Below are positions 39,912-49,040 of a DNA stretch of 64,000 nt, one piece after another (position 1 is the first letter of the stretch; every line of letters starts with the position of its first letter). The stretch is taken from contig CAZEDA010000001.1 of assembly GCA_964510915.1 (NCBI GenBank), positions 4,947-68,946 on the forward strand, written 5' to 3'. Source of the stretch: an uncultured Rhodocyclaceae bacterium. Its GTDB lineage: Bacteria; Pseudomonadota; Gammaproteobacteria; Burkholderiales; Ga0077523. A program made the position numbers and the translations under genes. The notes below the pieces were generated by a model that saw nothing but the letters and a program-made list of their open reading frames with translations, did not search any database and had not been told where the DNA came from.

Positions 39912-40653
39912 TCCCGTTCGACGGGCGCTCGACGCGCGCCGCGAGAGCGTGGACGTGTTCTTCCGGGACGACGACGCCGGGTGGGACGACACGCGTCTGT
40001 TCCAGCTGCTCGACGTCTTTGCCAGCCACGAAACGCCGATCGATCTCGCCGTGATTCCCATGGCGCTCACGGAGTCGCTCGCCACGCAGCTGGCACGCCG
40101 AAGACATGCACGCCCGGACCTGCTCGGTCTCCATCAGCACGGCTGCCGGCATGCGAATCACGAGACGGCCGGTCGCAAATGCGAGTTCGGTCCCACCCGC
40201 TCCCGCGGGAATCAGTGGCGTGATCTCGTGGAGGGCCAGGCGCGCCTCGAGGAAATGCTGGGACAGGTGGATCCGATCTTCACGCCGCCCTGGAATCGCT
40301 GCACCGAAGTCACGGCCGACTGCCTGGAGAACCTCGGCTTTGCCACGCTCTCGCAGGATCGGACCGCGCCGCGGCTGGGCAGCGGATTCCTCGGACGCCT
40401 GCCGGTGGCCGTGGACTGGTGCAAATGGCGCGAAGCCGACGACAGCGAGTGGCTGACGCTCGGCGGGCTCATCGCCGAGGCGCTCCGTGCAGACGATGGC
40501 CCCGTCGGAATCATGCTCCACCACGCGGTGATGGACGACGGAGATCACCGTCGCCTCGCATCGCTCCTCTCGCTGCTGGCCCGATCCGGCAGGGTGCAAT
40601 GTCACCGGATGCTCACGCTCGCGCGCAACCGTACGCCCGAGATCCACCCATAA
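39901..40653 (+). CDS. Putative polysaccharide deacetylase-like (NodB-homology-like) protein
   Basis: 250 aa from a GTG overlapping the upstream gene by 11 nt. Contains VFFRDDDAGWDD (a TFDD-like motif), LHQHGCRHANHE (His cluster) and FTPPWNRC. The assignment is tentative. Confidence 0.45.
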   Translation: MWLDPVRRALDARRESVDVFFRDDDAGWDDTRLFQLLDVFASHETPIDLAVIPMALTESLATQLARRRHARPDLLGLHQHGCRHANHETAGRKCEFGPTRSRGNQWRDLVEGQARLEEMLGQVDPIFTPPWNRCTEVTADCLENLGFATLSQDRTAPRLGSGFLGRLPVAVDWCKWREADDSEWLTLGGLIAEALRADDGPVGIMLHHAVMDDGDHRRLASLLSLLARSGRVQCHRMLTLARNRTPEIHP

Positions 40654-40675
40654 GGTCTGTCTGAAAGCGGTTTCC

Positions 40676-42544
40676 ATGACCAAGAGCTTCGTTCGACATA
40701 CCGTGGCAGCGTTGTTTGCGCTCCCCGTTGCCGTGAGTTCTCCCGTGGCGCATGCCGACGACTACCTTGGCAAGGCGTTCCGCGTCACCGGTCCGGCGAA
40801 CGGACAGGGCCTGCGGGTGGAACGCATCCAGTTGCGCGAACCCGAGGACGACGTCGACCGCGGTCAGGTGGTGGGCAACGTGACGCGTCTCGATGCCGGT
40901 AGCCGGCGCTTCGCGATCGGGCCGGTGCAGGTGGAGTGGAACGACAGGACGGAATGGCGCGATCTGGAGCAGGCTGCATTCCGGGAAGATCTGCTGGTGA
41001 AGGTCACCGGCCGGAACGACGCGGCCGGTCATCTCGTGGCGAAGTCCATCGAGCCCAGCACGAGTCGCGGCTGGCGAGAGGGCGATGTGCAGCTGACCGG
41101 TGTCGTGACGCAAAGCGATCCCGCCGACGACGGCACGCGCCGTCTCAGCATCTTCGGCATTCCGGCCGACATGCCCCGACCCGGGTTCAATCGCGTGGAG
41201 TCGCTCACCCGCCGGCAGGATTCCCGCCGGCCGGAGAAGCCCCTCACGGTGGAGTTTCTGGGCAGGCCCCTGCGCATCACCGGCGAGTACGACGCGACGT
41301 TGCGGGAGCGCCGCAACTACGTGCTGGACGATCGCCGCAACCCGAACATCCGCGACGATCTCGTTCAGGAACTGCAGCTCGAATTCTTCTGGCGCTATTC
41401 CGACCGGGCTTACGTGTTCGTGGAAGGCAAGGCGTTGTACGAGGACGAGTTCCGCCGCACGAACGGCACTGGCAACACCAGCGGCTATCTCGAACGCGGC
41501 CTCACCTGGCTGTTCGTCGACGGCTTTGCGCGCAATCGGGTCGGCCTGCAGTTCGGACGTCAGAACGTGCGCGAGTTCCGCGAGTGGTGGTGGGACGCGG
41601 ATCTCGATGCCGCCCGTCTCTACTTCGACGAAGGGCCGCTGCACGCCGAGGTAGGGGTCGCCAAGGACGTGGCGCGCCTGGCTTCTCGGGATGCCGGCAT
41701 CCTTCCTCACCGCAAGGGCCTCTATCGCGGTCTCGCCTCGGTGAGCTGGATGTGGGCGAGCCGCGAGACGCTGGACTTCTTCGTCATGCGGCAGCAGGAC
41801 CTGTCCGAAACCCCGCTGCGCGGCGCGCGCATCGACGAAATCCATCAGGACACGAGCGACGCGAATCTGACCTGGTTCGGGCTGCGCGCCATCGGACAGC
41901 GGTCGCTCGATTCGTTCGGGACGATCCGCTACTGGGCCGACGCGGCCTGGGTCCGGGGACGGGAGACGTTCACGGACTTCTCCAGCGCCGACATCGCACG
42001 TGCACCCGTCGCCCATCGCGTGAGCGGTAGCGCTCTCGACGCGGGCGTGAGCTGGCAGACGCCCTGGCCGGGCAAGGTGGCATTCACTGCCGGCTTCGCG
42101 CGGGCGTCCGGAGACCGCGACGGCAACGACGACATCGACAGCGGTTTTCGCCAGACCGGCCTGCACAAGAACAAGGGGCGCTTCTTCGGCGTGAACCGGT
42201 TCCGCTACTACGGGGAGGTGTCACGGCCGGAGCTGTCGAATCTCAACGTGACCACGTTCGCCGTGGGCATCCCGTTCTTCGAGGCGAGCTCCGCGGAACT
42301 CGTCTACCACCGCTACTGGCAGAGCGTGGCGGCGACCACGATGCGCGACTTCCGCATCGACGCCGATCTCGACGGGCGCCAGCGGGACATCGGCGAGGAG
42401 TGGAATCTCGTGCTCGGCTTCCGCGATCTGCGTCAGGTGGATCTGATCTTCACGGCGGGACTGTTCCGCGCCGGCTCGGCCTACGGCGCCTTCGCCGGCA
42501 AGACGGCGACGCTGTTCACCGGGGAAGTCGTGGTGTTCTTCTAG
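40676..42544 (+). CDS. Outer-membrane beta-barrel protein, alginate-export (AlgE)-like, with an N-terminal soluble domain
   Basis: Signal peptide ALFALPVAVSSPVAHA. It shows the alternating amphipathic pattern of a beta-barrel, a terminal aromatic residue (...GEVVVFF), and motifs REWWWD and FRQTGL that resemble my memory of the Alginate_exp family. Confidence 0.55.
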   Translation: MTKSFVRHTVAALFALPVAVSSPVAHADDYLGKAFRVTGPANGQGLRVERIQLREPEDDVDRGQVVGNVTRLDAGSRRFAIGPVQVEWNDRTEWRDLEQAAFREDLLVKVTGRNDAAGHLVAKSIEPSTSRGWREGDVQLTGVVTQSDPADDGTRRLSIFGIPADMPRPGFNRVESLTRRQDSRRPEKPLTVEFLGRPLRITGEYDATLRERRNYVLDDRRNPNIRDDLVQELQLEFFWRYSDRAYVFVEGKALYEDEFRRTNGTGNTSGYLERGLTWLFVDGFARNRVGLQFGRQNVREFREWWWDADLDAARLYFDEGPLHAEVGVAKDVARLASRDAGILPHRKGLYRGLASVSWMWASRETLDFFVMRQQDLSETPLRGARIDEIHQDTSDANLTWFGLRAIGQRSLDSFGTIRYWADAAWVRGRETFTDFSSADIARAPVAHRVSGSALDAGVSWQTPWPGKVAFTAGFARASGDRDGNDDIDSGFRQTGLHKNKGRFFGVNRFRYYGEVSRPELSNLNVTTFAVGIPFFEASSAELVYHRYWQSVAATTMRDFRIDADLDGRQRDIGEEWNLVLGFRDLRQVDLIFTAGLFRAGSAYGAFAGKTATLFTGEVVVFF

Positions 42545-42574
42545 GAAGGTCGGTGCAGGTTGTGGGGGCCTTCC

Positions 42575-43978
42575 CTACTTCCCGATCACCTTCAGCACTT
42601 CCGCGACCAGCCGGTGCGCGTCGAACCGCTTGCCGTTCGGGTCGATGCCCGTGCGCACGACCACGAGGTCGTGACCCGGCACCACGGTGACGTACTGTCC
42701 CTTGTTGCCGGCGGTGGTGTAGGTGCCGCGCGGTATGCCGGGCATCCCGTCCAGCAGCCAGAACTGACCGCCGTAGCCCCAGTCATCCGAAGCCGGTGCT
42801 TTCGCCGGCGCCGGCGACGTGAGGAACCGGATCCAGCCCTCCGGCACGAGGCGGCGGCCGTTCCACACGCCGTCGGCAGCGAGCAGCAGCCCGAAGCGGG
42901 CGAGATCCCGTGCCGTGGTGTACGTCTGGCTCGACCCGATGAAGTTGCCGAGGTGGTCCATCTCCATCCTCGTCTGGTACATGCCGATGGGGTGGAACAG
43001 TTCCTCGTACGGAAAGCGCAGATAGGCGAGATCATCCTTCATGCGGGTGCGCAGGGCGTGCATGAGGAGCAGCGTGTCGTTGTTGGCGTACTTCCAGCGC
43101 TTGCCCGGCTCCGCCTCCAGATGCGTCTTCGTGGCGGCGCTCACGATGTCCTGCCCGCCAAAGTAGATGGCGTTCGTGTTGGATCCGCCGCTGAAGAGTC
43201 CGCTCGACATCCACAGCAGGTGCTTGTACGTGATGGCCTGTCTCGGGTCGCCGGGATGGCTCCATTCGGGGATGTCCGCGCGGCCCTCGACGTCGAGGAT
43301 GCCTTTCGATGCCGCGATGCCGATGAGGATGGCCGAGATGCTCTTCGCGGTCGACCAGGTGCGGTAGCCGCTGCGGATGCCGAAGTGGGGGCGATAGCGC
43401 TCGGCCACGATGCGGCCGTTCTTCAGCACGATCACACCCGTGGTGACGATGCCCGGCGTGCCGAAGGAGCGGCCGTCGAAAGCGGCATCCAGAACCGGCC
43501 CGAGCGACGCGTAGCGACTGTCGATTCCGCTGGCCGGGAGGTCCACCTTGTCGCCCGCCGGGAAAGGCTGGGCCGTTACGTCCGGCGCGGGAGGAAAGGC
43601 GACGTAAGGCAGACGGGGCACGTCGGCCATCGTCCAATGCGGTGGCAGGATCGTGCACCCCATCGTGTCACGCCACGCGGCGATGCGGACGATGCGGCCG
43701 CTCGGGTCCGTTGCCGTCACGAGGTGCCGGCGCTGATCGATGACGGGCGCGGGATACGCCGGGTCGGAGACGTCGGCGAGTTCGAGCTGGAGAATGTCCG
43801 CGAGCGGGCGGCCGGCGGAGAAATGTCCCGAGCACGTGAACAGCGCACGATAGCCCGCGGAGATGAGCGGCTCCTTCTCGTCGGCGATGCCCGCGGGTCG
43901 CTCGTAGGGGGTGGCGGCGTGGGTGGAGCCGAGGCCGGCAAGAAGCAGGACGAAAAGCGCGATTGCTGAGCGGGTCAT
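42575..43978 (-). CDS. Serine hydrolase (beta-lactamase / class C PBP-like family), secreted
   Basis: 467 aa from ATG 43978 with signal peptide MTRSAIALFVLLLAGLGSTHA and SxxK motif WSTAKSI. Confidence 0.75.
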   Translation of the reverse strand: MTRSAIALFVLLLAGLGSTHAATPYERPAGIADEKEPLISAGYRALFTCSGHFSAGRPLADILQLELADVSDPAYPAPVIDQRRHLVTATDPSGRIVRIAAWRDTMGCTILPPHWTMADVPRLPYVAFPPAPDVTAQPFPAGDKVDLPASGIDSRYASLGPVLDAAFDGRSFGTPGIVTTGVIVLKNGRIVAERYRPHFGIRSGYRTWSTAKSISAILIGIAASKGILDVEGRADIPEWSHPGDPRQAITYKHLLWMSSGLFSGGSNTNAIYFGGQDIVSAATKTHLEAEPGKRWKYANNDTLLLMHALRTRMKDDLAYLRFPYEELFHPIGMYQTRMEMDHLGNFIGSSQTYTTARDLARFGLLLAADGVWNGRRLVPEGWIRFLTSPAPAKAPASDDWGYGGQFWLLDGMPGIPRGTYTTAGNKGQYVTVVPGHDLVVVRTGIDPNGKRFDAHRLVAEVLKVIGK

Positions 43979-44019
43979 GGTGCGAAGACGGGATAGGGAC
44001 CCGAACGAGCGTATCACGC

Positions 44020-44048
44020 GCTCCGCGCGCGTCAGCACTGCGCGGAGC
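44020..44048 (-). terminator. Possible terminator hairpin after the 44116..44607 gene
   Basis: 9-bp stem gctccgcgc / gcgcggagc with an 11-nt loop. No obvious U-tract. Confidence 0.3.
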
Positions 44049-44115
44049 CATCTCCCGACGAGCGCCGCGGGACACCGCCAGCCGATGGTGCCGGACCTGC
44101 CGCCGGCGTGACGGG

Positions 44116-44607
44116 TCAGTTACGCAGCGCGGTACTGTCGTTGCCGCACTGGCGCGCGATGCGGCGCATCCAGATGGCGATCGTCTCGTGGGCCGTCAGC
44201 TGATTCGCCCGGGGCAGGTACTGGGTGTTGCCCAGTTCCGATGCCCACTGGAGCACCTGCTCATCGGTGGCCTTCCACTGGTAGGCGTCGGCCACCCAGC
44301 GTTCCACCAGAGCAATGACCCAGGCGGGGGTGCCGTCCTGGTAGGGATCGAAGCGAACCTTCTCCAGGGGATAGCGCTTCTCCCAGCGGGCCCACGCGAT
44401 CATGCGGCCCGTATCCAGCACGAGAGAACGGCAGGCGGGGGCGGTGTAGGTCGGGGGCAGTTCGGGAGATTCCGGGTCCGCCTGTGCGTGACCGGAGAGG
44501 CCGAGCCCTGCAACGAGGGTCGCGAGGCCGACACAGCGCCGAAGCCACTGCGCCAGCGGGCGGGACGGTGAAGCCAGTGCGGGGGACGCACCTCGATTCG
44601 AAAACAT
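44116..44607 (-). CDS. Hypothetical secreted protein
   Basis: 163 aa from ATG 44607 with a signal-like segment CVGLATLVAGLGLSGHAQA. I do not recognise a family. The longer track ORF 44116..44943 adds an implausible N-terminus. Confidence 0.5.
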   Translation of the reverse strand: MFSNRGASPALASPSRPLAQWLRRCVGLATLVAGLGLSGHAQADPESPELPPTYTAPACRSLVLDTGRMIAWARWEKRYPLEKVRFDPYQDGTPAWVIALVERWVADAYQWKATDEQVLQWASELGNTQYLPRANQLTAHETIAIWMRRIARQCGNDSTALRN

Positions 44608-44873
44608 GGACAGCCCTCCTTCGTCGAGAATGAAACCTCCCCCGTGCGACAGCGTGCCGGTCCTGAGCCGTCCGGACCGGATGGGCATTTGCTGTCGCCT
44701 GTACCAGCTAACGGCCCGTAGTCCGGAATCCTTGAGCGAGAATCGTGCGCGTTCGTTCCTGGTTGCCATGGTCTGCCCTCGGGACAGTTGAGGCCATACG
44801 CTGACTGGCATAGCGCATCGGAGGGGCCGCGGCAGGGCTATGACAGAATGCAGGCCCTCGTTCCGCTGCCGCC

Positions 44874-45812
44874 ATGTCCTCCGTCCTGCATCACATCGGG
44901 CTCGCCGCGCCCCATTTCGTGCTCGTCCTGATCGGTTATGCACTGTCGTGGTCCGGGCGCTGGCCCAAGGCGGTCAGCGATGCGCTGGCCACCTTCGTGT
45001 TCGCCCTGGCCGTGCCCGCGCTGCTGTTCCGCCTCATGAGCGATCCTTCCCGTCTGCCGCCGTTCGATGCGCGACTCCTGATTGCCTTCTTCAGCGGCTG
45101 CTTCATCACATTCCTGGCCGGACGGATCATGGGTCGCTGGGTGTTCCGCCTGAACGGCGTGGAGCAGACTGTCCTTGGATTGGGCGGCGTGTTCTCCAAC
45201 AACGTGCTGCTCGGCATTCCGCTCGCCAAGGCAACGCTGGGCGAAGCGGGCGTGGGGCCCGTCGCCCTGGTGATCGTGTTCAACTCGCTCACGCTGTGGT
45301 CGCTGGCCACCGTATCCGTCGAATGGGCGCGTCACGGTGAGCTGTCCGCCAGGGGATTCCTCCGGACCGCGAAGAGCGTGCTCACCACGCCCGTGGTCGC
45401 GGGCATCCTCAGCGGCGCCGCACTGGGGCAGTCGGGACTGACGCTGCCCTACATGATCGACGAGCCGCTGCGGCTGATCGGGCAATCCGCAGCGCCGCTC
45501 GCGCTCGTCGTGGTCGGCATGGGGTTGTTCGAGTACGGGATCAAGGCGGGCTGGCAGATCGGCGCCGGCATCACGGCGCTGAAACTCGTGTTCCAGCCGC
45601 TGGTGGTGTGGGCGATGGCGCGGGCGCTGGGGCTGCCGCCTCTGGAGACTCAGGCGGTCGTGCTGTTGGGCTCGCTCGCCGTCGGTGTGAACGTGTATCT
45701 CATGTCGCGGCAGTTCGATGCGCTGCAGGGACCGGTGGCATCCAGCATGGTGATGTCGACGGCGATATCGGCCATCACCACGCCGCTCGCGGTGGCCCTC
45801 GCGGGGGCCTGA
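44874..45812 (+). CDS. AEC (auxin efflux carrier) family transporter
   Basis: 312 aa, about 10 TM helices, with a typical N-terminus FVLVLIGYALSWSGRWPKAVSDALATFVFALAVPALLF. Confidence 0.8.
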   Translation: MSSVLHHIGLAAPHFVLVLIGYALSWSGRWPKAVSDALATFVFALAVPALLFRLMSDPSRLPPFDARLLIAFFSGCFITFLAGRIMGRWVFRLNGVEQTVLGLGGVFSNNVLLGIPLAKATLGEAGVGPVALVIVFNSLTLWSLATVSVEWARHGELSARGFLRTAKSVLTTPVVAGILSGAALGQSGLTLPYMIDEPLRLIGQSAAPLALVVVGMGLFEYGIKAGWQIGAGITALKLVFQPLVVWAMARALGLPPLETQAVVLLGSLAVGVNVYLMSRQFDALQGPVASSMVMSTAISAITTPLAVALAGA

Positions 45813-45832
45813 CGCGAGCGGCGTTGGATGAC

Positions 45833-47194
45833 TTACGCGGCCGCCCGCCTGGCTTCCTGCGAGAAGGTGCTTTCCATTTCGCGGCGGAGCTTCACGGCGA
45901 GGCTCGATTCGTCGACTGCTACATCGGACCATCGCACGGGCTGCCCGGCCGCCACCGGCTTCACCAGCCTGACCTCGTGGGCCAGGCCCAGCGACAGGGC
46001 GCCGATCGCGAGGGAGTCCTCGGCGCGCATCAGCTTGCCCATCACCGTGTAGCCGCCTTCGCCGTCCAGCACTTCCCCCGCGGCGAGATTGCGTTTGGCC
46101 GTGGCCACGACGTCTGCCCGGAATCCGGTGGGTGAGCCCGTCGACTCGCCGCGCAGTCCGACCGAAGCGACGGAAATGCCCACTTCCAGACCGATGAGGT
46201 GCCAGCGCTTGTAGAGGCAGGCGTACCGCCCGGACGGATCCGTGCGCACGCCGTATTCCGTGAAGCAGCGGCGGATGTATTCCGTGTCGCCTTCGAACAC
46301 GACGAACACGCCGAAGCGGATGTCGTACGGAATCGGACGGCCGTCGGCCTCCAGCGAGGAGATCACTTCCACCTGGCCCTTGTGATGCAGGTGGCCGCCT
46401 TCGGCGCGCGGACGCATCACGAAGGGAATGTCATCGACGCTCGCGGGAGGAAACAGCAGACCTTCCGGCGCGGGCGTGAGTCCGGTGGCGTTACACACGG
46501 CTGTGCTCTCGATGGCAGGCTTCGAGCCGTCGAGAAACGAGTTGAACATCTTCGGGTTGAGACCGCCGACCTTCGCCTGCTCCGGCGACAGACCGTAGTA
46601 GCCCCATACGGTCTCGGGCGTGGACTGCGCGAAGTGGGGGAGCCACTTGTGTCCCCGGCCCGCGGCCACCACGCTGAAGCCCGACGCCCTCGCCCAGTCG
46701 ACCAGATCGCAGATGAGCGCGGGCTGATCGCCGTACGCGAGGCTGTAGACCACCCCGGCCTCCTGCGCCTTGCGGGCGAGGATGGGGCCGCACATCGCGT
46801 CGGCTTCGACCGTGACCATCACGACGTGCTTGCCGTGGCGGAAGGCTTCCAGCGCGTGCTCGACGGCAGCGATGGGATTGCCCGTGGCCTCGACGATGAT
46901 CTCGATGCGCGGGTCCGCGACCAGCTTGCGCCAGTCATCGCCCACGTGCGTGAGTCGCGACGCAAGAGCGGCGTCCAGCGAGGGGGCGGAATAACTGCCG
47001 GCCTGCCAGCCCACGCGGTCGAGATTGAGGCGGGCATTGGCAGGCGACAGGTCCGCAATGCCGGCGAGATGCAGTCCCGGGGTCTTGGGGACCTGCGCGA
47101 GATACATCGCGCCGAACTTGCCGGCGCCGATCAGGCCGACGCGCAGCGGCTTGCCGGCCGCTTCCCGCTGCTGGAGCTTGGCGTAGAGATTCAT
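45833..47194 (-). CDS. NAD(P)-binding oxidoreductase with SAF domain (predicted homoserine-dehydrogenase-like family)
   Basis: Rossmann motif LRVGLIGAGKFGAMY at the N-terminus. At 453 aa, the length and overall look match the predicted homoserine dehydrogenase (COG4091-type) family as I recall it. Confidence 0.6.
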   Translation of the reverse strand: MNLYAKLQQREAAGKPLRVGLIGAGKFGAMYLAQVPKTPGLHLAGIADLSPANARLNLDRVGWQAGSYSAPSLDAALASRLTHVGDDWRKLVADPRIEIIVEATGNPIAAVEHALEAFRHGKHVVMVTVEADAMCGPILARKAQEAGVVYSLAYGDQPALICDLVDWARASGFSVVAAGRGHKWLPHFAQSTPETVWGYYGLSPEQAKVGGLNPKMFNSFLDGSKPAIESTAVCNATGLTPAPEGLLFPPASVDDIPFVMRPRAEGGHLHHKGQVEVISSLEADGRPIPYDIRFGVFVVFEGDTEYIRRCFTEYGVRTDPSGRYACLYKRWHLIGLEVGISVASVGLRGESTGSPTGFRADVVATAKRNLAAGEVLDGEGGYTVMGKLMRAEDSLAIGALSLGLAHEVRLVKPVAAGQPVRWSDVAVDESSLAVKLRREMESTFSQEARRAAA

Positions 47195-47302
47195 GGTGAG
47201 GGCTCCTCTTCAGATGTCGAAAAACTCGAGCTCGTGCTCTTGGATGGGGTGGAGGGAGTCGGAACCCGGCAGCGTAGCGCAACCGGACCGTGCGACGGGC
47301 GA

Positions 47303-48151
47303 TCAGACCTGCCGGCCGTCGATCGAGAAGTCCGCGGAAGCATCCTGCGCCAGCAGGCGCTTCAGCGCCGGCAGCGCCTTGCGCATGGCGGCATCGAGGG
47401 TCCAGGGCGGATTGAACACGAACACCCCGCTGCCATGGAGCCCGAACCCGTCGTCGGCCGGCTTGCTCACCGACAGGGAGGCATGGAGCCAGCTGCCTTC
47501 GCCCGCGAGACGTCGCAGCTGTTCCGGCAGGCGCTCGGACTCCCGACGCTGGACCTGCGGGTACCACACCAGATAGACGCCGGTGGCGAAGCGCTCCAGC
47601 GCGTTCGTCATCGCCCGGGTCACCGAGCGGTAATCGTTCTTGTCCTCGTACGACGGATCGATGAGCGTGAGCGCGCGGCGTGGTGGCGGCGGCAGCACGG
47701 CGTTGAGCGCCGTGAAGCCATCCGTTGCCTGAACCATCACCTGCCGGCCGGCATCCGCGGAGAAGACGTCCAGCACCTTGGTCTCGCTCGGGTGGAGTTC
47801 GAACAGGCGCAGTCGATCCTCGCGGCGGACCATCTGCAGGGCGATCTGCGGCGAGCCCGGATACTGGCGCAGCGCGCCCTCCGGATTGAATCGGCGCACC
47901 TCGTTCACGTAGGCAGCGACCGCGTCGGGGAGGTCCTTCGCGTCCCAGAGCTTGGCGATGCCGCCGCGATACTCCTGACTCTTCGCGGCGTAGCCGGAGT
48001 CGAGCGCGTAGGAACCGCCACCCGCGTGAGTGTCGATGAACCAGAAGGGCTTGTCCTTCTGCCGGAGGTAGTCCAGGAGGTGGACGAGCACGACGTGCTT
48101 GAGAACGTCGGCGTGGTTTCCGGCGTGGAATCCGTGGCGGTAGCTGAACAT
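47303..48151 (-). CDS. rlmJ: 23S rRNA (adenine2030-N6)-methyltransferase
   Basis: Starts MFSYRHGFHAGNHADVLKHVVL and contains DTHAGGGSYAL and IDPSYE, which are diagnostic RlmJ motifs. ATG at 48151. Confidence 0.9.
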   Translation of the reverse strand: MFSYRHGFHAGNHADVLKHVVLVHLLDYLRQKDKPFWFIDTHAGGGSYALDSGYAAKSQEYRGGIAKLWDAKDLPDAVAAYVNEVRRFNPEGALRQYPGSPQIALQMVRREDRLRLFELHPSETKVLDVFSADAGRQVMVQATDGFTALNAVLPPPPRRALTLIDPSYEDKNDYRSVTRAMTNALERFATGVYLVWYPQVQRRESERLPEQLRRLAGEGSWLHASLSVSKPADDGFGLHGSGVFVFNPPWTLDAAMRKALPALKRLLAQDASADFSIDGRQV

Positions 48152-48402
48152 CGGGGGCTCTGTGAGGCGGTGGGGGGCAGTACTGGCGGAACGCTGCAAC
48201 GGGACTCGCATTATGCGACTAGGCGGCGAACCCGCATCGCGTCGTCATCAATCCAGGTGAGAAACGCGCAGGAAATTGCCGACGCGGCGCCGGACGATTT
48301 TGCGGAAAGCCTTTGGTGTGCAGCACAAGATGCAAATCACCCGAATTTCATTGTTTGCAGAATCAGCAGCTTGGAAACGCCATTCTGCAAGTGTTGCCAC
48401 GC

Positions 48403-48418
48403 CGGACATGAAGGTGCA
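48403..48418 (+). promoter_or_regulatory. Weak sigma54-like -24/-12 element cGGACA-tgaag-gTGCA upstream of the PEP-CTERM gene
   Basis: GG and GC have the correct 10-nt spacing and the -12 element TGCA is present. Other positions match poorly. It lies 107 bp upstream of ATG 48525 in an unusually AT-rich 373-bp spacer. Confidence 0.3.
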
Positions 48419-48524
48419 ATCTCTCAAAACGTCACGTTCCACCGACGGCAGGGTGGTCCGCGGAGAGCCTTGGCTCCGCGTCACCTCCGGTGGCTGACGA
48501 AAAAACTAGACAGGAGACCCAAGC

Positions 48525-49040
48525 ATGATCGCGTTGCGCCAGTTGGTACTCGTTAGCGGCATTCTCTTCTCATCCCTGGCATGGTCCGTCACCGTCACCT
48601 ACACGGCGGAAGACATCGCAGACGTCGGTTCCGACGATCTCTGGACCTACCGGTACCTGATTTCGGGCGACCTGCCCGCACTCGACAGCCTCCGGATCGC
48701 CTTCGCGTCCGACCTTCACAGTCCGCTCGCTGTGGATGGGGCGGTCGACGACTGGTATGCCGAGTTCGGGGAAAGCCAGACCACGCCGTTTCCTGCCGAT
48801 GGCTACGTGCTCTTCTCCCGTGTGACGGGGGACGCGCCGCTGCCGAAGTCCTTTGATGTCACCGTCGCGCGCTTCGCCGCGGGACCGGTTGCGGCGCAGA
48901 CCTTCGAGGTGCTCGGCAAGACGTTCGATCTGGTCGACTCGGGCGTCACCACCAGCCCCATCCCCGAGCCGACCACGAATCTTCTTCTTGCCGGTGGCCT
49001 GACGCTCGTCGTTCTCCGCCGTCTCCGGATCAGAAGATAA
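48525..49040 (+). CDS. PEP-CTERM sorting-domain protein (small secreted protein)
   Basis: N-terminal signal peptide LVLVSGILFSSLAWS. The C-terminus reads PIPEPTTNLLLAGGLTLVVLRRLRIRR, which is a PEP motif (48963-48971), a TM helix and an Arg cluster. AGGAG ribosome-binding site. Confidence 0.85.
   Translation: MIALRQLVLVSGILFSSLAWSVTVTYTAEDIADVGSDDLWTYRYLISGDLPALDSLRIAFASDLHSPLAVDGAVDDWYAEFGESQTTPFPADGYVLFSRVTGDAPLPKSFDVTVARFAAGPVAAQTFEVLGKTFDLVDSGVTTSPIPEPTTNLLLAGGLTLVVLRRLRIRR

Noticed and set aside
48371-48389. TGGAAACGCCATTCTGCA as a sigma54 promoter for the PEP-CTERM gene
   Set aside because: The GG-to-GC spacing is 12 nt rather than the required 10. The alternative element at 48403-48418 has correct spacing but is weak.
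48248-48497. Small ORFs 48276..48497 (+, 73 aa) and 48248..48484 (-, 78 aa) in the AT-richer spacer
   Set aside because: They have no ribosome-binding site, atypical composition and mutual overlap. The region is more plausibly the promoter and leader of the PEP-CTERM gene.
46199-48556. 785-aa plus-strand ORF
   Set aside because: It is antisense across two well-supported minus-strand genes (the SAF-domain oxidoreductase and rlmJ) and their intergenic spacer.
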